Source of the DNA: a virus
DNA length: 64,000 nt
IMG/VR virus record: IMGVR_UViG_3300049491_000465
Span: 1-64,000 of that record
Direction: 5' to 3' (one strand)
This document shows, piece after piece, positions 1 to 8,882 of this stretch. The notes beneath the pieces are model-generated. The model did not search any database, had not been told where the DNA came from, and saw only the letters and a list, made by a program, of their open reading frames with translations. A program made the translations under genes and the position numbers. The stretch's first letter is position 1; the number at the start of each line of letters is the position of its first letter.

Positions 1-40
1 ACCCCCCCCCCCCACCCCCCCCCCCCCCCCACCCCCACCA
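1..40. repeat. poly-C low-complexity tract at the window start
   Basis: Almost pure C runs broken by a few A; may be a real G-rich minus-strand tract or an assembly-end artefact. Confidence 0.6.
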
Positions 41-87
41 TCAGACATCTACTATCTTTCTAAAATTTTTTTTATATAATTTTTTTT

Positions 88-133
88 ATGTGGATAGTTA
101 TTCAAGTTAAGTGGGGAGTTAATGTGGATAGTT
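88..133. repeat. 12-bp direct repeat ATGTGGATAGTT (88-99, 122-133) containing a DnaA-box-like 9-mer
   Basis: Exact repeat; TGTGGATAG is one mismatch from the DnaA box TGTGGATAA. Confidence 0.55.
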
Positions 134-170
134 CCATGATTGATTGTATTGATTTATTGGAGAGATTATT

Positions 171-178
171 TATCTTTG
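171..178 (+). promoter_or_regulatory. Bacteroidota-type -7 promoter element TATCTTTG
   Basis: Matches TAnnTTTG; intergenic, ending 23 nt before the ATG at 202. Confidence 0.6.
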
Positions 179-201
179 ATTAAATCAAAACTCGGAAGGT
201 T

Positions 202-888
202 ATGAATGAAGAAAAGAAATTCCCTGAGTTATCAGGAATAGAGATCAACTACGATTCGGTAGATGGTTTATCGGTTACAGATCCAAATAAGAAATCCTTT
301 GTTGCCAACGAAGGGGCTATTGGTGCACCTGATGTTTTTTCCGAGTCATCGGGTGTATCCAATGGCTTTAATGTAAGCATACATCAAAGTCCATACATTG
401 CAGGTATTGATCCTGTTATCAACGAGGGATTAGCAACTACTTTTGCAAAGATTCAAGAGGATTTTGAGAGACACCTGATGTTTGGACCCTCGAAGATAAA
501 GCAGGTAGATTCAAATTGGTTTGATCTTACACTTAACGGAAAGGATCTTGAATACTGGGAGCAATTGAAGTCAATGCCAAGATTCATGATTCTGGAAATT
601 ATTGTAGATCCGGAAATGGAATACAAATTTACAAAGATCATGGAGAAAAGTAAGAATCGTATTTCTCGTGTTCTCGGAAAAGATCTAACATACAACCAGG
701 AGACGATATTGATCGAGAGATACAAGGAAGCTGTTTCAGAGCAGATCTTTGGTTCTAAGGACCCAAGTACCATTCAAGAGATTATCGACGCTAAGAAGTT
801 AGAAAGTAAGTTTACGAAATTTAGAACACCATCTGTTGATAATATAGCTGACATGGTTTCAATAGCAAACCCAAATATTAAATTCTAA
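202..888 (+). CDS. hypothetical protein
   Basis: 228-aa ORF, first in the + strand operon. Confidence 0.7.
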   Translation: MNEEKKFPELSGIEINYDSVDGLSVTDPNKKSFVANEGAIGAPDVFSESSGVSNGFNVSIHQSPYIAGIDPVINEGLATTFAKIQEDFERHLMFGPSKIKQVDSNWFDLTLNGKDLEYWEQLKSMPRFMILEIIVDPEMEYKFTKIMEKSKNRISRVLGKDLTYNQETILIERYKEAVSEQIFGSKDPSTIQEIIDAKKLESKFTKFRTPSVDNIADMVSIANPNIKF

Positions 889-893
889 ATACC

Positions 894-1283
894 ATGCTTA
901 AAAAACTCGGAATAGAGATCCGCAAGATCGGAGATCCAAAGGCTTTTTACAGAGATGTAGATTCTGTACTTGTAGCCGGGGGGATTAAATCAGGGGATGT
1001 CACCAAGGATATCCAGGTGAATGCAGCCGCACATTCCCTTCAGAAGATGTTTAATGGTTCCCACTTCAGTGTGTGCACAATCAATAGCTGTAAAGGCATG
1101 TGTGGAATCGTTATCCAGCAAGAGAGAATGAATGTGTATGATGCGATACACTGCGTTAACTGGTCAGACATGCTTCCGGAGTTCCGCCAACAGATTATCG
1201 CACTTGTCATGGACGATTTTCGTCCTGTTTTCGGAGAACTTTCAGATGAAGCAATAACAGATATATCAACAATCAATTGTTAA
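894..1283 (+). CDS. hypothetical protein
   Basis: 129-aa ORF, tightly packed in the operon. Confidence 0.7.
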   Translation: MLKKLGIEIRKIGDPKAFYRDVDSVLVAGGIKSGDVTKDIQVNAAAHSLQKMFNGSHFSVCTINSCKGMCGIVIQQERMNVYDAIHCVNWSDMLPEFRQQIIALVMDDFRPVFGELSDEAITDISTINC

Positions 1284-1293
1284 CAACTTAGAT

Positions 1294-1854
1294 ATGAGTA
1301 CAGAGAGAACAATACTGATAACAAAGCTTGTAGGATTCAGAGAGGGAATTACTAATGCTTTAGATTTTTCAGAGATCAATATCCCTGGTGCAATGGGGTA
1401 CGTTAAACTACTTGAAGCAAGAATGGCTATTGGCCGGGCTTGTTTACATCTTGGTTCACCAGATCCATACAAGAGTAATAGAGATTTAAACATGGTCATT
1501 GAGGATGGTGTTGACCTTGGGGAATTGGCAGCTATTTCAAATCCCGGAGATGTGCTTTCATTGAAGTCAATGATTCGTACTTGTGATTTATATCTTAGAG
1601 AGATTGTTGAAATCAGAATGAGACCTCTGCATTCAATAAGTCCTGCTTATGGGTATTTGCTTGTCCGATCATTAGATCGTGCAGTGGATTCCCTGGAAGA
1701 GGCTATCTGTTATTATTCAAGAGATCTTCGTGAGTGGAAGAAAGTGAATGCTGATGCCTATGAAGAAATTCTCAGAGAAAACAACAGCGAAGCAACGGTT
1801 CCGGAGGATGCCGTGCGAACTGATGAGATCATGAAAAACAGATCAAAGGAGTAA
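1294..1854 (+). CDS. hypothetical protein
   Basis: 186-aa ORF; its stop overlaps the next ATG (TAATG). Confidence 0.7.
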   Translation: MSTERTILITKLVGFREGITNALDFSEINIPGAMGYVKLLEARMAIGRACLHLGSPDPYKSNRDLNMVIEDGVDLGELAAISNPGDVLSLKSMIRTCDLYLREIVEIRMRPLHSISPAYGYLLVRSLDRAVDSLEEAICYYSRDLREWKKVNADAYEEILRENNSEATVPEDAVRTDEIMKNRSKE

Positions 1855-2033
1855 TGAATAATATAATCGACAAAAGAATATGCCCACTATGCATGGGGGA
1901 GGGATCATTAACATTTTGGTCCCCGAACCTGCGTAATGGTTTTTTTGTTTTTGAAGATACAATTGAAGACTGTCCGTTATGCGAGGCTGATGGACATATT
2001 CATGTAATACGAGAATATGAGCACGAAAGATGA
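1854..2033 (+). CDS. small DnaJ-type zinc-finger protein (59 aa, absent from the ORF track)
   Basis: Manual translation MNNIIDKRICPLCMGEGSL...EDCPLCEADGHIHVIREYEHER; two CxxCxxxG motifs; TAATG coupling; fills the gap between genes. Confidence 0.7.
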   Translation: MNNIIDKRICPLCMGEGSLTFWSPNLRNGFFVFEDTIEDCPLCEADGHIHVIREYEHER

Positions 2034-2475
2034 AATAGAAAAGAGAGGGATATTTATTCCAGGAGAAGTACCATCATCAAAGAACTCCAAAGAAATAGGG
2101 TACTTCTTTTTGAAAGCCGGAACACCAGCTAAGATTTTCGTGGAAAGAGGAGGTAAATTCCTTCCTGTAAGATTGAATCTTATGCATTCAGATACAACAA
2201 AAAGATACATAAAGGATCACTCAGTCGATTACATGTCAAAAAAAGTTGAATTCCTTAACATGATAAAAGGATTCTCGTCTCCGTATCGTATTTGTTTTAA
2301 GTTCATTAGAGGTAGTCGAAGAAAATTTGATTACATAAATGCAGCTCAAATAGTTCAGGACATGATGGTGGAATATGGATGGATAACAGATGATAACTGC
2401 GATGAGCTTCGTCCATACTTTTTGGAGTACGAATATGACAAAAAGAACCCTGGTGTTATCATATCAATCTTCTGA
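2017..2475 (+). CDS. rusA: RusA-like Holliday junction resolvase
   Basis: IPGEVPSSKNS, RRKFDYIN..Q..QD and GWITDDN resemble the RusA acidic catalytic motifs. Confidence 0.7.
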   Translation: MSTKDEIEKRGIFIPGEVPSSKNSKEIGYFFLKAGTPAKIFVERGGKFLPVRLNLMHSDTTKRYIKDHSVDYMSKKVEFLNMIKGFSSPYRICFKFIRGSRRKFDYINAAQIVQDMMVEYGWITDDNCDELRPYFLEYEYDKKNPGVIISIF

Positions 2476-2485
2476 TTTTTTTTCA

Positions 2486-2493
2486 TACATTTG
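2486..2493 (+). promoter_or_regulatory. Bacteroidota-type -7 promoter element TACATTTG
   Basis: Matches TAnnTTTG; lies just upstream of the ATG at 2506. Confidence 0.5.
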
Positions 2494-2505
2494 AACAAAA
2501 GAAAG

Positions 2506-2835
2506 ATGTCAGATCAACAGAAAATATCACAAAGAGACGATAAGTATTGGATAAAGCCTGGGGTTGAAGTTGCTCATAGAGAATATCCGGATCGAAAAAT
2601 GATTGTCGATGATGTCTTAAAGAAGACTGAGACAGTGATTGATAATGGAAAAGAGAAGCCAAAAACTTTTGTTATCGGAGTTGAATGTCATTGGTTTGAT
2701 AAGTCAGGAAGATACGACAGAGGAAGGTTTCTTACCATGGAGCTTCTTCCATTTGGAAAGAAGATTCAATCAGTAGATCCTGAATCATTCCCTAAACAAA
2801 TTCCAACATCAGCTTTATCAGAAGATGTTCTTTGA
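2506..2835 (+). CDS. YodC/DUF2158-like small beta-barrel protein
   Basis: KPGVEV..KMIV..VECHWFD..GRF..ELL pattern; ATG at 2506 preferred over TTG at 2491. Confidence 0.5.
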   Translation: MSDQQKISQRDDKYWIKPGVEVAHREYPDRKMIVDDVLKKTETVIDNGKEKPKTFVIGVECHWFDKSGRYDRGRFLTMELLPFGKKIQSVDPESFPKQIPTSALSEDVL

Positions 2836-3346
2836 GTTACACAACACAAAAGTAGTCGTGACGGAGCAAGGATTAATGAATGCTTCGATTAAAAGACTGT
2901 ATGATTCTGATACCGGAAAAAACCGTGATAGGTTTTACAAGATGGCCTCATACATTTTTTATGTTTACGACAAAAGATCTATTTACTCCAGCATGAGTTT
3001 ATCTGATCGTCAAAAATTAGTTTCCAATGATATCGTAATGGATCCTGATTATTGGAAATCAGTTGAAGAAAACTCTACATTCAAAGAGATTGTTGATAAG
3101 CTTAACAGCATACAATTCAATCACAAAGAAAGATTGTTAGAGGGGGTAAAGAAAAAGATTGATGAATACCTTGATGTCTTCAATGGGATGAGTATCACAG
3201 AGAAGAATTATAAGGACCATCAAGCGATGGCCAAAGGCAGTCAAGATCTTTTAGAGTTGTATGACAAATTAGAACAGATGGTAAGTAAGGAAGCTCTCTC
3301 TAAACAAGTTGGAGGAGGTACTGCAAGAATGTTTGAAGACGAATAA
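2825..3346 (+). CDS. helical phage protein (possible terminase small subunit)
   Basis: 173 aa, helical/coiled-coil, ends GGGTARMFEDE; function is a guess. Confidence 0.35.
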   Translation: MFFELHNTKVVVTEQGLMNASIKRLYDSDTGKNRDRFYKMASYIFYVYDKRSIYSSMSLSDRQKLVSNDIVMDPDYWKSVEENSTFKEIVDKLNSIQFNHKERLLEGVKKKIDEYLDVFNGMSITEKNYKDHQAMAKGSQDLLELYDKLEQMVSKEALSKQVGGGTARMFEDE

Positions 3347-3558
3347 TGGGAGGATTTTTTAGAAAGAGCGGTAACAGCCGGGGAGTATTTCCGGACACTT
3401 CGATAGAGGAGTACAGATCTCTTTTTACAAATGAAGACGAGAGAGATTCGAGTTGCCCATGTTCTATTGCTGATGGAGAAATCAATAACCAGCAACCACC
3501 AACATCATGTACTCCAGCAAATCCTGTTATAGAAGAGATTGTTCCTGAAGATTTCTAA
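3346..3558 (+). CDS. small hypothetical protein (F/G-rich N-terminus, CPC)
   Basis: 70 aa, TAATG-coupled to the previous gene. Confidence 0.6.
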   Translation: MGGFFRKSGNSRGVFPDTSIEEYRSLFTNEDERDSSCPCSIADGEINNQQPPTSCTPANPVIEEIVPEDF

Positions 3559-3578
3559 CTGAAATTAAAATTGAAGAT

Positions 3579-3863
3579 ATGTCACTAAGCGGAGGAATGT
3601 TCAAAGGATTCAATCGAAACTCTTTTTTTAGAGATTCATTGAATGGAAAAGAGAAGAGGAGTATTTTTGGTAATCAAATACCTCAAGTAGCTAAAGCAAA
3701 AGAACCTTTCAGATCATCTGCATGTTGTGTTTACTTGAACGCAGGAGATCTTCCTTCAGGAGGATTCAACATGAATGCTTTCTATCCTTCGATATGGAAG
3801 CATAACATGAGAAATATTTTAATTGGAACCATGGCTTTCGGAGACGAATGCTGCAATAATTAA
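3579..3863 (+). CDS. small hypothetical protein with two CC pairs
   Basis: 94-aa ORF in the operon. Confidence 0.6.
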   Translation: MSLSGGMFKGFNRNSFFRDSLNGKEKRSIFGNQIPQVAKAKEPFRSSACCVYLNAGDLPSGGFNMNAFYPSIWKHNMRNILIGTMAFGDECCNN

Positions 3864-3868
3864 TCATC

Positions 3869-5377
3869 ATGTTTGGTCCAGAGTCAAAGTTATTCCCAAA
3901 GCAGTCCAAGGCAAAAGGTCATGGAGGCAATTCACAATATCCAGGTCAGCAAGCTGGAGACATTCCTGATTGGAAGAGGTCTTATGAATATGATTTAGGT
4001 AGAGAAGTAATGAATCCATCTACCGGATTATATTATAGATGTATAGTAAATCATATATCTGGAAACAGTTTTTTAACTGATCTTGGATTAGGCAGGTGGG
4101 TGTTAATGTTTTCCGGTTCATCTGGACCGGCATTGGTGCGTTATTCTAACGTACTGTGGGTTGATCCTATCCACGGAAATAATGGAACTGCTTTACCTGG
4201 TAGATTTGATTTACCATATCAAACAATAAGCCAAGCTGCCTCAGTTGCTTTTTCTATTGGTAGATCAAGCAATGATAAGGTTCTTATACATATCAGACAA
4301 GGTTACTATGCTGATTATGTAGGTTTAATTGATTGGGTTGATTATTATTGTGAGCCAGGAGTTGTACTTGATGGAAGTGAGATTTCTGATGGTGCTTATG
4401 GTGCTGGAACATCAAATTTTTATGGTTATGCAGTTTTGAAAGAAACCATAATAAGAATATTGAATCCTTCGAATTGCATTCTTGAATTTGACAATTATGT
4501 AGCTACGGCCGCAGCAATAATAATAGTTCCATCTTCTGGTGTGGCTAACATCACTATTAACGCTGATTATATTTATGCTTTCGGAAGTGTCAGTGCATTC
4601 GCTATAACAGTCAGAGGTAATTCAAATGTTTTTATAAATGTTTCAAAAAGCATAGAGTGTCCTCATCAATGTATAGTTTTCAGAAACCATACAGGAAAAT
4701 GTGTTGTAAACTGTCCTAAATTGATAATGACTTCCGGCAATGTATTTGGAGGAAATTTTAAAAGCGTTATATCCCTTTTCGATACTGTATCTGGTGAGAT
4801 AATTATAAATGGAGACCTGGTTCATTCTGATGACGACTATTATGGTGGAACATCATCTATGGTTTTGGTTTGGAGTATAAACGCTTTATCAGGTAAGTTT
4901 ACATTAAACGGAAATATTGATGCCAAACTAATTCAACCAATAAACGGAAACGTAACAGGAGGAGGTAGTATGATTTTTAATGGAGACATTGATTCAGTAA
5001 ACTTCGCATCTTACTGTTATGGAAATGGTAAATTCCTATTCAGAAATTCAAAGATAAATATCGGACCAGATAACTTTGAGGCGTTCTTGTTGTTAGTAAC
5101 TGAAACAGCAGAATTGTATATTAAAAATTGTTATATGTATAACGCTAAAGAAGATTCATCATTAGTATCTGTTAATGGAGGAGTTGCTTTATTATCAATG
5201 GATAATGTTGTTGGATTTGGAGAGGGTGTTGGTTTTTCTTTAGAAACAAACGTAGGTGTAACCACTGTTTATGTCACTAATTCTAGATTTAATAACATTA
5301 TAAATCCATTAATAACAAATGCCTGTCTTCCAGATGGAATTGTTATAGATCCAAATATTAAAGTACCTAAATTTTAA
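3869..5377 (+). CDS. putative fibre/spike protein: shared N-terminal module with a CBM5/12-like motif, then a beta-helix-like body
   Basis: DWKRSYEYDLG.EV...YYRC...H.S...W motif; VDPIHGNNGTA..PYQTISQA typical of a beta-helix start; N/G/I-rich beta repeats. Confidence 0.55.
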   Translation: MFGPESKLFPKQSKAKGHGGNSQYPGQQAGDIPDWKRSYEYDLGREVMNPSTGLYYRCIVNHISGNSFLTDLGLGRWVLMFSGSSGPALVRYSNVLWVDPIHGNNGTALPGRFDLPYQTISQAASVAFSIGRSSNDKVLIHIRQGYYADYVGLIDWVDYYCEPGVVLDGSEISDGAYGAGTSNFYGYAVLKETIIRILNPSNCILEFDNYVATAAAIIIVPSSGVANITINADYIYAFGSVSAFAITVRGNSNVFINVSKSIECPHQCIVFRNHTGKCVVNCPKLIMTSGNVFGGNFKSVISLFDTVSGEIIINGDLVHSDDDYYGGTSSMVLVWSINALSGKFTLNGNIDAKLIQPINGNVTGGGSMIFNGDIDSVNFASYCYGNGKFLFRNSKINIGPDNFEAFLLLVTETAELYIKNCYMYNAKEDSSLVSVNGGVALLSMDNVVGFGEGVGFSLETNVGVTTVYVTNSRFNNIINPLITNACLPDGIVIDPNIKVPKF

Positions 5378-5380
5378 GAT

Positions 5381-5701
5381 ATGCTTATTATTCAATCAGG
5401 ATCAAGTGGATCGATAGGAACCCATGTATTAATGGGCATCTATGGTGATGGAGCTTTATTATACCGCAAGAATGTTGAATTGTTTACTGATTCAAATAAA
5501 GCTATATACAATGACTTTTTCAATCTTGTAGGAAGTCATGCAACGATAGCGTTAATAAATTCACCGTACACAATGATGATTAATCATGTTATACCAGGTG
5601 AAGTTTCAAATGAAATTGTTGAGATAGATTATGAATCATTATCAGAATCAGAAAGATCAATAGTAGATCTTGCTTACAACACCTTTGTAAACGAATTCTA
5701 A
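5381..5701 (+). CDS. hypothetical protein (possible fibre-associated/chaperone)
   Basis: 106 aa between two paralogous fibre genes. Confidence 0.55.
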   Translation: MLIIQSGSSGSIGTHVLMGIYGDGALLYRKNVELFTDSNKAIYNDFFNLVGSHATIALINSPYTMMINHVIPGEVSNEIVEIDYESLSESERSIVDLAYNTFVNEF

Positions 5702-6912
5702 TGTTTGGACCAGAATCGAAATTGTTCCCGAAGCAATCTAAGATAAAAGGGAACTCAGGAAACAGTCAGTACCCCGGAGCTAATCCAGGAGATATTCCAG
5801 ATTGGAAACAGTCGTATGAGTATGATGCTGGAACCGAGGTAAAAGCCCCTGACAACAATTATTATAGATGCGTACAAGATCATGTATCTAACAACTTCGC
5901 TTCTGATCTTGGTTCTGGTAAGTGGACTATTTTTGCCGGCCCAGGAATAAATACGGATCACCAAGTCCTAAGTCTTGATCCGGATAATGTTACATTACGT
6001 TTGTCCGGAGGATTGGTTCCGGATAGCACAGTTGATTTAACACCATTCCTTGATAATACAGACGATCAAGTTTTATCCCTTGATTTAGATGGAACAACTT
6101 TACGGTTATCAAATGGAACCGGTTCAGACACAACTGTTGACCTTTCTCCATTTCTTGATAATACCGATTCTCAGCAATTATCCCTTACCGGAAACACATT
6201 AAGCTTAACTAACGGTGGTTCAGTTGATTTAAGTCCGTATTTAGACAATACCGATGCACAACAACTTTCTCTTACAGGTAATACTTTAAGCCTAACAGGA
6301 GGCGGATCCGTTGATCTCAGTCCTTTTCTCGACAACACAGACTCTCAAACCCTTTCTATATTAGGTAATACTTTATCGATTAGTGGAGGAAACTCTGTTC
6401 CTCTACCAGCTTCGGCTGGAAACAGTGTTGTTTCAGAATTATCATTCGCAACAAATGTAGTTGATACAAGAGTTGGTGCCGGTGCAATGGCTACTGTTTA
6501 CAGTATTCCATACGCAATAAATCCTGCTGTTACCGATGGGAAAACAAGAAGACTTCAATATATAGCTAATTACACGAAAACAGTCGGTGTTACAACTACT
6601 GATTTCGAATTTGTTGTTGGAGGAATAGTTATTCCGTTTACATCAACAGCTATTGGTAATGCGGCTATTACAAATGGAACATATGTATTGAATCTATTGA
6701 TAAACTTCAGAGCTGGAAACCAAGCTTATGTAGGTGTTGAAATAAAGAGATATGATCCTCTTGGTGTATTGGTTCAAACTGCTCTTGTAAAAAGCCCGGT
6801 AGGAACATGGGATAAAACAATTGCGAACACAATCGATTTTAGATGGCAAGTTGTTAGCGGAACAACTACAAATACAATTACGATACTCGATGTAACAAGT
6901 GAATTGATATGA
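5701..6912 (+). CDS. putative fibre protein with the same N-terminal module and DNTD-x-Q-x-LSL tandem repeats
   Basis: First ~80 aa paralogous to 3869; about five repeats; beta-rich C-terminal domain. Confidence 0.6.
   Translation: MFGPESKLFPKQSKIKGNSGNSQYPGANPGDIPDWKQSYEYDAGTEVKAPDNNYYRCVQDHVSNNFASDLGSGKWTIFAGPGINTDHQVLSLDPDNVTLRLSGGLVPDSTVDLTPFLDNTDDQVLSLDLDGTTLRLSNGTGSDTTVDLSPFLDNTDSQQLSLTGNTLSLTNGGSVDLSPYLDNTDAQQLSLTGNTLSLTGGGSVDLSPFLDNTDSQTLSILGNTLSISGGNSVPLPASAGNSVVSELSFATNVVDTRVGAGAMATVYSIPYAINPAVTDGKTRRLQYIANYTKTVGVTTTDFEFVVGGIVIPFTSTAIGNAAITNGTYVLNLLINFRAGNQAYVGVEIKRYDPLGVLVQTALVKSPVGTWDKTIANTIDFRWQVVSGTTTNTITILDVTSELI
5950..6400 (+). repeat. intragenic tandem repeats (~29-34 aa unit DNTDxQxLSLTGNTLSLTxGGSVDLSPFL)
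   Basis: About five degenerate units visible in the translation. Confidence 0.85.
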
Positions 6913-7256
6913 ATTTAGATGAACTAAAAAAAGTCAGATGCAAAGAGATCGATCTTCGAACAAGTGAATTGATAGAGGAAGGTTTTGTTTTTGACGGACG
7001 TACATTTTCAATGAGTATTAATGCTCAGATTAATTGGAGTAATTTTCCGAATTTACCTGAGTATGTATTTCCTCTCGTTGTGATTGACAAGAATGATGAA
7101 TCATACTCTTTGTCTCTAAACAATAAATTGAACTTTTATCTTTCGGCATTGAGTTTTAAGAATTCAAAACTTCAAACTGGAGGTGCTCTGAAAATACAAA
7201 TCAACAACTGTTCAGATGAAGAATCTGTATTAGCTGTTATTGATGATAGAAATTAA
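6909..7256 (+). CDS. DUF4376-like tail fibre accessory protein
   Basis: LKKVRCKEID.RT..LIEEGFVFDG.TFS..AQ.N...LKIQINNC pattern; follows a fibre gene. Confidence 0.55.
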   Translation: MNLDELKKVRCKEIDLRTSELIEEGFVFDGRTFSMSINAQINWSNFPNLPEYVFPLVVIDKNDESYSLSLNNKLNFYLSALSFKNSKLQTGGALKIQINNCSDEESVLAVIDDRN

Positions 7257-7267
7257 CAAAAAAGAAT

Positions 7268-7834
7268 ATGGCAGAAGTAATCTCAAATCCATTAAGCAAT
7301 CAACAACCAAGTTCTCAGAATCAAAATGTTTCTGGATTAAGAAACCCTTTGATTTCTCAATTATGTATTGATGCTTTGAATTATAGAATTCAGCAAGAGG
7401 AGTTATCCTCAAGGATATATCTTTCAATGAGCATGTGGTTGAATAACAAAGGATACACTGGTGCAGCTCAATTATGGAGAAAGTATTCAAATGAAGAATT
7501 GATTCATGCAGATTGGGCCAGGGATTATTTATTATCATTTGGTGTTGAGCCAGGAACTCCTGCATTAGAAAAACAAACCTCATCATTCGAAGGTCTTCCT
7601 GAGATTATAAAGAAGTCATTTGATCATGAAGTAGAAGTAAGTAAACAGATCAAACAAATGGCTGATCACGCAATGAAAATAGCAGATCACATGTTGTACG
7701 AACTTTGTTTAAAGTATTTGAAAGAACAAGTTGAAGAGCACAACAAAATGCAAACCTGGATTGATAAACTTGAGATATTTGGCACTGAAAAAATTGCCTT
7801 GAGATTACTGGATAACGAAATGTTAAGTTATTAA
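7268..7834 (+). CDS. ftnA: non-haem ferritin (Ftn-like)
   Basis: Ferroxidase residues present: QQEELSSRIY, EELIHA, HEVEV, EQVEEH. Confidence 0.85.
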   Translation: MAEVISNPLSNQQPSSQNQNVSGLRNPLISQLCIDALNYRIQQEELSSRIYLSMSMWLNNKGYTGAAQLWRKYSNEELIHADWARDYLLSFGVEPGTPALEKQTSSFEGLPEIIKKSFDHEVEVSKQIKQMADHAMKIADHMLYELCLKYLKEQVEEHNKMQTWIDKLEIFGTEKIALRLLDNEMLSY

Positions 7835-7836
7835 AA

Positions 7837-8139
7837 ATGGAAGACGTTAATACTGGTACGCTTTGGTTGGTTGTTGGTATATCCGGAACCCTGATAACAA
7901 TTCTCCTTGGGATTATTGGATTCTTTCTTTCAAGATTGATCTCTGATGTGAAGTCTGTAATTGAAGAGACAGGTAAGAATAAGGGTAGAATAGAGCTTGT
8001 TGAACAACAGCAACAGAATGATGTTAAAAGAATTGAACAGATGACACAATTCGAATTAAAGGTAATGTCTGAGAAAGTTGGTGAACTTGCAAGTAGCATA
8101 AACAGACTTGTTTTTGGAAAAATGACAGGTGATAAATAA
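7837..8139 (+). CDS. single-TM plus coiled-coil lysis protein (holin/antiholin-like)
   Basis: N-terminal hydrophobic helix; position in the lysis cluster. Confidence 0.5.
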   Translation: MEDVNTGTLWLVVGISGTLITILLGIIGFFLSRLISDVKSVIEETGKNKGRIELVEQQQQNDVKRIEQMTQFELKVMSEKVGELASSINRLVFGKMTGDK

Positions 8140-8145
8140 TTCATT

Positions 8146-8403
8146 ATGTTGAAGAGATTGATTGAATACTTTAAAAGTTTAACTTACGGAACCAGTAAGG
8201 AATCCTCTAAACGCTTCATAGCGTTATATGTTGGTGTCGTCCTTATTTCGTACATTGTCTTTGTATTCACAAGACCTTCCAACGTAGAGATGGTCCTTGG
8301 TGAACTGGTTGCATTTGTATGTGTGTTACTTGGTGTTGCCGCATGGGAAAGAAGAGGTGTTTCTTCGAGAAATAAAAAAGATAAAAAAGATGAATCCGAG
8401 TAG
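8146..8403 (+). CDS. putative two-TM holin
   Basis: ESSKRF followed by two TM helices and a charged C-terminal tail. Confidence 0.6.
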   Translation: MLKRLIEYFKSLTYGTSKESSKRFIALYVGVVLISYIVFVFTRPSNVEMVLGELVAFVCVLLGVAAWERRGVSSRNKKDKKDESE

Positions 8404-8878
8404 ATATAAAACAGGTGACGTATTCGCTTGCACAGGTAATACCGTGTTAAGTAAAACGATAATGGGCATCACTAAATCAAAGAGATCTCATGCTGCTGTT
8501 TTTGTTGAAATATGGGGGAATCCATACATTGTAGATGCTCAAAGAAATGGTATAAATCCAAAACCTTTACAAGAGTGGATGGATGAATATGGATATTCCT
8601 TTGATGTTTATAGACCACCGGCAGGATTTATTGAAGATGAAAAAGCGTTCTGTATTAGAGCATTCTCAAAAGTTGGACTTACCGGTTATGGTTTTGTTGA
8701 TCTAATTATACGTCATCCATGGAGAGCACTTACAGGTGAATGGAAAGAAAAGAATCCATACGATAAAATGACTTGTGGAGAATATACTCTATGGACATAC
8801 GGTGTTGAGAAGGCTTACAGAATGAATCCAGGAGAAGTAGAGGAATGGTGTATCCAAAACAACTTTACTAAAGTTTGA
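8390..8878 (+). CDS. permuted NlpC/P60 (YaeF/YiiX-like) cysteine hydrolase
   Basis: KTGDVF, SHAAVF (His) and MTCGEY (Cys) in permuted order; ATG at 8390. Confidence 0.7.
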   Translation: MNPSRYKTGDVFACTGNTVLSKTIMGITKSKRSHAAVFVEIWGNPYIVDAQRNGINPKPLQEWMDEYGYSFDVYRPPAGFIEDEKAFCIRAFSKVGLTGYGFVDLIIRHPWRALTGEWKEKNPYDKMTCGEYTLWTYGVEKAYRMNPGEVEEWCIQNNFTKV

Positions 8879-8882
8879 TAAA

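Noticed and set aside
1-40. Poly-C as a G-quadruplex or terminal signal
   Set aside because: It lies at the window edge and cannot be told apart from a homopolymer sequencing artefact without reads
5950-6400. CRISPR array or DGR repeat
   Set aside because: The repeats are conserved at protein level with synonymous divergence; there are no spacers, no adenine-specific pattern and no reverse transcriptase in the window
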